A stretch of 64,000 nt of DNA, taken from contig JBKEAC010000085.1 in assembly GCA_047971925.1 (NCBI GenBank), positions 10,794 through 74,793 of the forward strand, in the 5' to 3' direction. Under the pieces are notes generated by a model. That model searched no databases. It had not been told where the DNA came from and saw nothing but the letters and a program-made list of their open reading frames with translations. Positions 58,073 to 64,000 of this stretch are shown one piece after another (position 1 is the stretch's first letter; the number at the start of each line of letters is the position of its first letter). A program made the translations under genes and the position numbers. Origin of the DNA: Mangrovibacterium sp. (GTDB lineage: Bacteria; Bacteroidota; Bacteroidia; Bacteroidales; Prolixibacteraceae).

Positions 58073-58176
58073 GCAATTAAAAAAACAACATCTCTAGACT
58101 TGAAGGTACTTTATTTACACAAAAAATTCCTTATTTTGTGCTGCATAATTTAAGAAGTCGCAAAAAAACAAATCAG

Positions 58177-60864
58177 ATGAATAAATCATTACTACGAAAA
58201 AAATATATCATTGCCCTTTTAGCTAGTCTACTTACATGTGTTTTCCCACATGCGAAAGCCCAAGAATCAACCGATTCAACTCCATTCTTTTTATTGTCTG
58301 GAAAAATTAGTGTTCAATCGGGTTCCTCAGAAGGAGTGCTCATGTCCCTATCGCAAGGAAACAAAACGATTCAAAAAATTACACTAAACAAAAGTGGCAA
58401 ATATGAATTTGAACTTGATTATAACAAACATCTCCATTTAACGATTCAGAAAGAAGGTTATTTTCCCAAAATAATCAACATCGACACGAGCCTACCAAGG
58501 CACATCTTGCAAGGGAATAATGACTTCCCTCCCCTTTCTGTCAATCTGCAAATGATTAAACAAACAAGCCTTATCACTTACAACTATTTCTCGCTTCCGC
58601 TTGCCGACATTTCTTATAGCTCAAGCATTGACAATATTGACATTAACTATTCACAATCTGATGAGGAGTTAAAGCAATTAATCGCCGAAGCCGAAGTGGA
58701 ACAAAAACTTCTCGCCGCAGAGCAATCAATTGCCAATCAAAAAAACGACCAAAGCTCGCCTAGCAATGAAGAAAAATATCAACAAATTCTAACAGAAGGC
58801 AATCTTTCCTACAACACCGCCTCTTATAATGATGCCCTAAAGAAATATCAAGAAGCGCATGCGCTTATTCCTGAAGAAAGCTTTGCTCTCGACCGAATAG
58901 GTGAAATTGAAATGATAATGCAAATGCTTGCCGAACAAGCTGCAATTGATGCGAACTACAATGCTGCAATTGCTCAAGCCGATAAAAACTTCAAAGCAAA
59001 ACAATACACAACAGCTATAACCGATTATCATCAAGCTTTGAACATAAAGCCCAACGATGAATATGCTCAGAAGCAAATCACCGAGAGCCAACTACATTTA
59101 AGTAATCATGAAATTTTGGCTCAATATACAGCCCTAATTTCTATTGCCGACAAAGCTCTTCAAGAGAAAGATTTCAGCATAGCTCGTGAAAATTACTCGA
59201 AAGCAAAAGACTTAAAGGTTGAAAAGGAATACCCTGAAAAGCGACTTGCAGAAATCGATGCACTTGAAGCGGAACAAAATAGATTAATTAGCCTTGAAAA
59301 TCAATATTTGGCAGCCATGAAAGATGGTAACCTTCTTTTCAGCAATGAACATTACGAAAATGCCATCACTCTTTTTGAAAAGGCTCTCGAATTTAAAAGC
59401 AATGATGCTGAAGCTCGAAAAAGAATTGCCGATTCAAAAAAAGCCATTGTTCTTAGAAATGAACATGCTAACTATGCCTCAGTCATCACAGCTGCCGATA
59501 GTGCATTTCAGATTAAAGACTATGAACTTGCTCGTCAGCAATACAAAAAAGCACTCACTATGATGCCTTCGGAAGAATATCCGAAACAACAAAATAGCAA
59601 AATCGATCAGCTTCTAATTGCACAAGAAAAGGAAAAAATAAAAGCACATTATGATAGCATTATCGCTATTGCCGATGCTGCATTTCAGGCAAAAGACTAT
59701 ACCCTTGCTCGTCAGCAATACAAGCAATCGCTAACGATAATAACATCGGAAGAATATCCGAAACAACAAAACAGTAAAATCGATCAGCTTCTAATTGCAC
59801 AAGAAGAAGCAAAAATAAAAGCAAAATATGATAGTATTATCGCTATTGCCGATGCTGCATTTCAGGCAAAAGACTATACCCTTGCTCGTCAGCAATACAA
59901 GCAATCGCTAGCGATAATGGCTTCGGAAGAATATCCGAAACAGCAAAACAGTAAAATCGATCAGCTTCTAATTGCACAAGAAAAGGAAAAAATAAAAGCA
60001 AAATATGATAGTATTATCACTATTGCCGATGCTGCATTTCAGGCAAAAGACTATACCCTTGCTCGTCAGCAATACAAGCAATCGCTAGCGATAATGGCTT
60101 CGGAAGAATATCCGAAACAGCAAAACAGTAAAATCGATCAGCTTCTAATTGCACAAGAAAAGGAAAAAATAAAAGCAAAATATGATAGTATTATCGCTAT
60201 TGCCGATGAAAATTTCAGAAGTCAAACATTTAGCCTAGCAGAAAATAACTATAACGAGGCAATTCGATTACTTCCAAGCGAGAGCTATGCGCAAGAACAG
60301 TTAAAAAAGATAGCAGAAACTCGTCTTGCTGTTAAAGAAGCCCAAAGAGCGGCCTATAAAGAAGAAATTGCTGAAGGAGACAATAACTTCCATCAGCAGA
60401 GCTATGCCTTAGCTAAATATCATTATAACGAAGCTATAAAACTTATTAGCTGGGAAGAATATCCGAAAGCTCAAATAAGGAGGATTACTGAACTCAGTAG
60501 AGCTCCATTAAGTGAGGCTGACAAGCAAAAACATGCTGAATTGGTTTCTTCAGCCCATGATTCTTATAACAAAAAAGATCTAGCGGTGGCTCGTACATTC
60601 TATCTGCAAGCGCTTCAAATTAATCAAAGCGATGATCAATCTGCCTTACGTCTGATGGAAATTGAAAAGCAAATTAAAGAAACAGATGTTGCAAAACAAA
60701 GTGCGGCATATAACGAACTTCTAAAGAAAGCCGATAATGCATTTGAAGAAAAACAATTCAGTGTCGCTCGCTCATATTACAATCAGGTATTAAATCTGAA
60801 TGCAAATGACGAATATGCAAAGGCTCAATTGAAAAAAATTGCAGATATTGTAAATAACAACTAA
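58177..60864 (+). CDS. Secreted repeat protein: N-terminal carboxypeptidase-regulatory-like beta-sandwich plus about 12 TPR-like 58-59-aa modules
   Basis: ATG at 58177 gives MNKSLLRKKYIIALLASLLTCVFPHAKAQ (the ORF track GTG is at 58138). The N-terminal SGKISVQ..KSGKYEFEL..KEGYFPK is CarbopepD_reg-like. The rest is made of modules Y..I...AD..F....Y..A...Y..AL...P.E.YP. Confidence 0.7.
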   Translation: MNKSLLRKKYIIALLASLLTCVFPHAKAQESTDSTPFFLLSGKISVQSGSSEGVLMSLSQGNKTIQKITLNKSGKYEFELDYNKHLHLTIQKEGYFPKIINIDTSLPRHILQGNNDFPPLSVNLQMIKQTSLITYNYFSLPLADISYSSSIDNIDINYSQSDEELKQLIAEAEVEQKLLAAEQSIANQKNDQSSPSNEEKYQQILTEGNLSYNTASYNDALKKYQEAHALIPEESFALDRIGEIEMIMQMLAEQAAIDANYNAAIAQADKNFKAKQYTTAITDYHQALNIKPNDEYAQKQITESQLHLSNHEILAQYTALISIADKALQEKDFSIARENYSKAKDLKVEKEYPEKRLAEIDALEAEQNRLISLENQYLAAMKDGNLLFSNEHYENAITLFEKALEFKSNDAEARKRIADSKKAIVLRNEHANYASVITAADSAFQIKDYELARQQYKKALTMMPSEEYPKQQNSKIDQLLIAQEKEKIKAHYDSIIAIADAAFQAKDYTLARQQYKQSLTIITSEEYPKQQNSKIDQLLIAQEEAKIKAKYDSIIAIADAAFQAKDYTLARQQYKQSLAIMASEEYPKQQNSKIDQLLIAQEKEKIKAKYDSIITIADAAFQAKDYTLARQQYKQSLAIMASEEYPKQQNSKIDQLLIAQEKEKIKAKYDSIIAIADENFRSQTFSLAENNYNEAIRLLPSESYAQEQLKKIAETRLAVKEAQRAAYKEEIAEGDNNFHQQSYALAKYHYNEAIKLISWEEYPKAQIRRITELSRAPLSEADKQKHAELVSSAHDSYNKKDLAVARTFYLQALQINQSDDQSALRLMEIEKQIKETDVAKQSAAYNELLKKADNAFEEKQFSVARSYYNQVLNLNANDEYAKAQLKKIADIVNNN
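59467..60208 (+). repeat. About 4.2 near-perfect 177-bp in-frame tandem repeats inside the repeat-protein gene
   Basis: The string AAAGCA(A/C)A(A/T)TATGATAG recurs at 59641, 59818, 59995 and 60172, an exact 177-bp period equal to 59 aa. Protein units YDSII(A/T)IADAAFQAKDYTLARQQYKQSL..EEYPKQQNSKIDQLLIAQE.. are almost identical. Confidence 0.92.
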
Positions 60865-60961
60865 GTGATATATTAACTACATTTTCAAATACTTACAACC
60901 AATCAGCAAAACACACAAGAAGGAGTTACTCATTTTTATTACCTAAAAAAGTTGCATATCA

Positions 60962-60992
60962 TTTGTTTTTTAAAAAAAGCTCCTTATCTTTG
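60962..60992 (+). promoter_or_regulatory. Consensus Bacteroidota promoter (TTTG-N19-TATCTTTG) for the tRNA-Lys array
   Basis: TTTG at 60962-60965 and TAnnTTTG at 60985-60992, 35 nt upstream of the first tRNA. Confidence 0.55.
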
Positions 60993-61027
60993 CACCGCTT
61001 TCAACAAGGAAGCACTCCAATTATGGA

Positions 61028-61100
61028 GACTCAGTAGCTCAGCCGGTAGAGCACATCCCTTTTAAGGATGGGGTCCTGGGTTCGAATCCCAGCTGAGTCA
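61028..61100 (+). tRNA. tRNA-Lys (anticodon UUU), copy 1
   Basis: Acceptor GACTCAG/CTGAGTC, D loop AGCTCAGCCGGTAGAGC, anticodon arm CATCC-CTTTTAA-GGATG, T arm CTGGGTTCGAATCCCAG. Length 73 nt. Confidence 0.92.
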
Positions 61101-61163
61101 CTATTTTTAGTGTATTTAGCATTAGAAATATAGTCTTTATTTAGAAGACAAATAAACCGTGGA

Positions 61164-61236
61164 GACTCAGTAGCTCAGCCGGTAGAGCACATCCCTTTTA
61201 AGGATGGGGTCCTGGGTTCGAATCCCAGCTGAGTCA
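61164..61236 (+). tRNA. tRNA-Lys (anticodon UUU), copy 2
   Basis: Sequence identical to copy 1. Confidence 0.92.
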
Positions 61237-61305
61237 CACAAAATGCGAGTTCAAAATTCGTATCTTATCGACATACTTTCATTAAAGGAAGTATAATTCC
61301 ACGGA

Positions 61306-61378
61306 GACTCAGTAGCTCAGCCGGTAGAGCACATCCCTTTTAAGGATGGGGTCCTGGGTTCGAATCCCAGCTGAGTCA
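61306..61378 (+). tRNA. tRNA-Lys (anticodon UUU), copy 3
   Basis: Sequence identical to copy 1. Confidence 0.92.
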
Positions 61379-61433
61379 CCAAGAAAACTTTTTACAATTA
61401 TTTTGTGAAAAGTTTTTTTTTCATTCATACATT

Positions 61434-62432
61434 ATGAAACTTACGCACTTCATTCTTCTAATTCTATTGCTTAGCAGTTGCTCTAAATCCGACTTAAAAT
61501 ATCAAACATCATTCTATTATTGGCGCACAGTCTTTAAACTTAATGATACTGAGAAGCACGTCATTGCATCAAACAAGGTAGAGAGGCTTTACGTGCGATA
61601 TTTTGATGTTGATGTTAGTGAAAATGGAATACCATTTCCTGTTGCTAAAATATCTTTCGCTGATAGTGCAACTTGTAAAATAATACCTGTGGTATTCATT
61701 AAAAATCAAGTGATGCTAAATGAAAAGCTCAACATAAGCCAGTTAACAAGCAACATTACATCCTTAGTAATGCAGATAAACGAGCAAACAAATTCAGAAC
61801 TTCACGAAATACAAATCGACTGCGACTGGTCGGCTAAAAGCAAAGACCGCTTCATGGCATTCATGAAAGAGCTTCGAGAAAAGTGGAGCGGAAAACTTTC
61901 GGCAACCATTCGCTTGCACCAAGTGAAATATTTTCATCAAACGGGTATTCCTCCTGTTGACTATGGGGTACTCATGTTCTATAATATGGGCAAAATTGAT
62001 GAGCTAACAAATAACTCTATTTATGATGAAGCTATTGCTAAGCAGTACACCCCTAGCATTAGCCAATATCCGCTGCCATTGAAAATAGCCCTACCCATCT
62101 TTTCTTGGGGGATACACACGCAGAATAACCAAGTAATGGGACTGTGGAATAAGAAAACATGGAATGATTTAAATAATCATGCAAATCTGAAAAAAATTGC
62201 ACAAAATCGGTTTCAAGTTATATCTTCATTCTATGAAGATGGACGATTCTTTCAAAAAAATGATATTATAGTTCACGAAAATGTATCGGAAGAAAATTTG
62301 CTGAACATAGCTAACAACTTATCAATATTAAATGCTAACTTTGATACTGAAATAATATTTTACGATTTAGATTCAATAAACACAATTAACTACGATGAAG
62401 ATATTTTCAAAAATGTTTCTATTCAGTTTTAG
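61434..62432 (+). CDS. Hypothetical lipoprotein
   Basis: 332 aa with the lipobox LLLSSC. No domain was recognised by eye. Confidence 0.6.
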   Translation: MKLTHFILLILLLSSCSKSDLKYQTSFYYWRTVFKLNDTEKHVIASNKVERLYVRYFDVDVSENGIPFPVAKISFADSATCKIIPVVFIKNQVMLNEKLNISQLTSNITSLVMQINEQTNSELHEIQIDCDWSAKSKDRFMAFMKELREKWSGKLSATIRLHQVKYFHQTGIPPVDYGVLMFYNMGKIDELTNNSIYDEAIAKQYTPSISQYPLPLKIALPIFSWGIHTQNNQVMGLWNKKTWNDLNNHANLKKIAQNRFQVISSFYEDGRFFQKNDIIVHENVSEENLLNIANNLSILNANFDTEIIFYDLDSINTINYDEDIFKNVSIQF

Positions 62433-64000
62433 CATTGTGCTAAGCTTAGGATTAACAGCACTCGCTTGCGGGTGGTATTACGATGAAAGATATAGTAATT
62501 CTAATTTCGCCCCTGAGATTTTTGTCAACAATGATTTTTCCCCCATGTTCTATTGCTATGATTCCTTTTTTTATGATAAAGCGTTAGGGAATCATAATAC
62601 GTATTTTAAAGATGATATTTCTGAAGTTTGGCAGGAATATCTAGCGGGAATAAGTAATCAAGAAACTATTGAGGAGATTCTTTTTAACGAGAAAAACTAT
62701 TCGCTTAAGCGCATCGAAAATATCGCTTTCAAAGAATTAAGTGAAAATCTTCCAATGACTAATGTGAAGTTTCGAACTTTCATGCAATACATGTATGTAG
62801 CGCGAAGTGTTGAACAGCGAAGCACTTCGGAAGCATATAGCTGGAACAATAATTCTGAACAAGAAGATGTGGATTTTAAAACCATGTACACACTGGCTTT
62901 TGCTTTGTACAATTCTGCCAAAGATGAAATAATTAAGCAAAAATCATATTTGCTCATTATGAAAATGTATTTCTATTTTTTCAATGAAATGAGCACCGAC
63001 CAGCAGGAACAATGCATTTCTCTTTACGAAAAAATATCACCAAAGGCTCCTAAAAACAAAGATTATTATCGTATTTTAGGCTATGTAGCTGGTGTGAATT
63101 ATCGTCAAAAGAATTACATAACATCGAATTATTTATACAGCAAAATTTTTCTAAGTTCTCCTATTCTTCAAAAAAGTGCCATATTTAGTTATCACCCATT
63201 AAGCTACGATGATGTGAAAAATAAGCTCATTCCCCAATGTATATCTAACGAAGAAAAATGCGCCGTATGGACATTGCAAGGCTTCTACGTTCAAGAGCCA
63301 CAATCCATGTTAGAAATAGCCAACATTGACATTAACAGTAAGTTCTTGCCTCTACTCATGAGCCGAGCTATAAACAAGGAGGAAAAAAAAATTATAAGCC
63401 TCAACACCGATACAACGCTTCTTGCTAACATTAAAGACCAATATGAAGATGTTGACGATCATGAAGTAGTTTACCCCATCATTAAACAAATTTCAGAAAC
63501 CAAGGGTTTAAAAAATGTATTCACTTGGCAAACAGCTCTTGGATATATGGAAATGCTATACAATCATCACAGTGAAGCTGAGAAATGTTTTAACCTTGCT
63601 CTTCAGAACGCTCCCAACACGAGTGAAGCTAAGGGGCAGATTCGCGTGTTGAAACTTCTGAATAAACTAAATCAGATTGATAAAATTTCTCCTAATTGTT
63701 TCGATGAAATAGACCATGAAATTTATTGGCTACTATGCGAGCTAAACAGACCTTCGGAAGAAATGAATGCACTTGGGGCACTGGGCGAACGGATAGATAA
63801 TGCACAAATTTTTGTACGTAATTATCTCACATTGCTATATCAAGAAGATGGTAATTCCAGCATGGCTGCTATGTTTAAAAATTCTAACTCTTGGGAATAT
63901 GGATGGGCAGTTAATAAACTTCTCGATAAGACAAATGGTGTTGATAATATTCTAGCTCTTCTTAAAAAAGATAAGCCAAACATCATGGAACAATCGGCCA
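62413..64000 (+). CDS. Hypothetical secreted/lipoprotein-like protein (partial, runs off the right edge)
   Basis: Absent from the ORF track because it is open-ended. Manual translation from the ATG at 62413 gives MFLFSFSIVLSLGLTALACGWYYDERYS... and stays open to position 64000 (at least 529 aa). It overlaps the upstream gene by 20 nt. Confidence 0.6.
   Translation, partial: MFLFSFSIVLSLGLTALACGWYYDERYSNSNFAPEIFVNNDFSPMFYCYDSFFYDKALGNHNTYFKDDISEVWQEYLAGISNQETIEEILFNEKNYSLKRIENIAFKELSENLPMTNVKFRTFMQYMYVARSVEQRSTSEAYSWNNNSEQEDVDFKTMYTLAFALYNSAKDEIIKQKSYLLIMKMYFYFFNEMSTDQQEQCISLYEKISPKAPKNKDYYRILGYVAGVNYRQKNYITSNYLYSKIFLSSPILQKSAIFSYHPLSYDDVKNKLIPQCISNEEKCAVWTLQGFYVQEPQSMLEIANIDINSKFLPLLMSRAINKEEKKIISLNTDTTLLANIKDQYEDVDDHEVVYPIIKQISETKGLKNVFTWQTALGYMEMLYNHHSEAEKCFNLALQNAPNTSEAKGQIRVLKLLNKLNQIDKISPNCFDEIDHEIYWLLCELNRPSEEMNALGALGERIDNAQIFVRNYLTLLYQEDGNSSMAAMFKNSNSWEYGWAVNKLLDKTNGVDNILALLKKDKPNIMEQSA

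Overview
This 64-kb window is AT-rich chromosomal DNA that looks like Bacteroidota. The evidence is TTTG-N19-TAnnTTTG type promoters, the conserved bamD-rpoZ-coaBC-DUF4835-recN block, the sigma54 activator-lptE-secG block, and the absence of Shine-Dalgarno dependence. Most of it is dense housekeeping: topB (partial), queA, trxA, dnaE, pepC, purL, pheT, msrA, recN, coaBC, rpoZ, bamD, kdsB, lptE, secG, an ABC exporter pair, DPP-IV, one tRNA-Arg and three tRNA-Lys.

Five things stand out:
1. 37.2-44.1 kb holds a non-canonical synthase-dependent exopolysaccharide-like module. It comprises an orphan receiver domain, a duplicated secreted TPR protein, a TPR-beta-barrel porin, a 2TM-HEAT protein and a GT2 synthase fused to a SPOR domain.
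2. 12.2-13.1 kb holds two divergently oriented, GC-rich, about 130-nt homologous elements. A hairpin is replaced between the copies with its structure preserved, so these are candidate unclassified structured RNAs.
3. Two copies of an about 650-710-bp modular non-coding element lie at 28.5-29.2 kb and 52.9-53.6 kb. Each has a conserved left module, an array of 42-bp A-tract/palindrome units and a right module, and each ends just upstream of a promoter for surface-protein genes.
4. DnaE carries an N-terminal DnaQ-like exonuclease domain.
5. A surface-repeat protein gene contains near-perfect 177-bp in-frame repeats.

No CRISPR array, transposase, integrase or rRNA was seen. All product calls come from motif recognition by eye; no database search was run.
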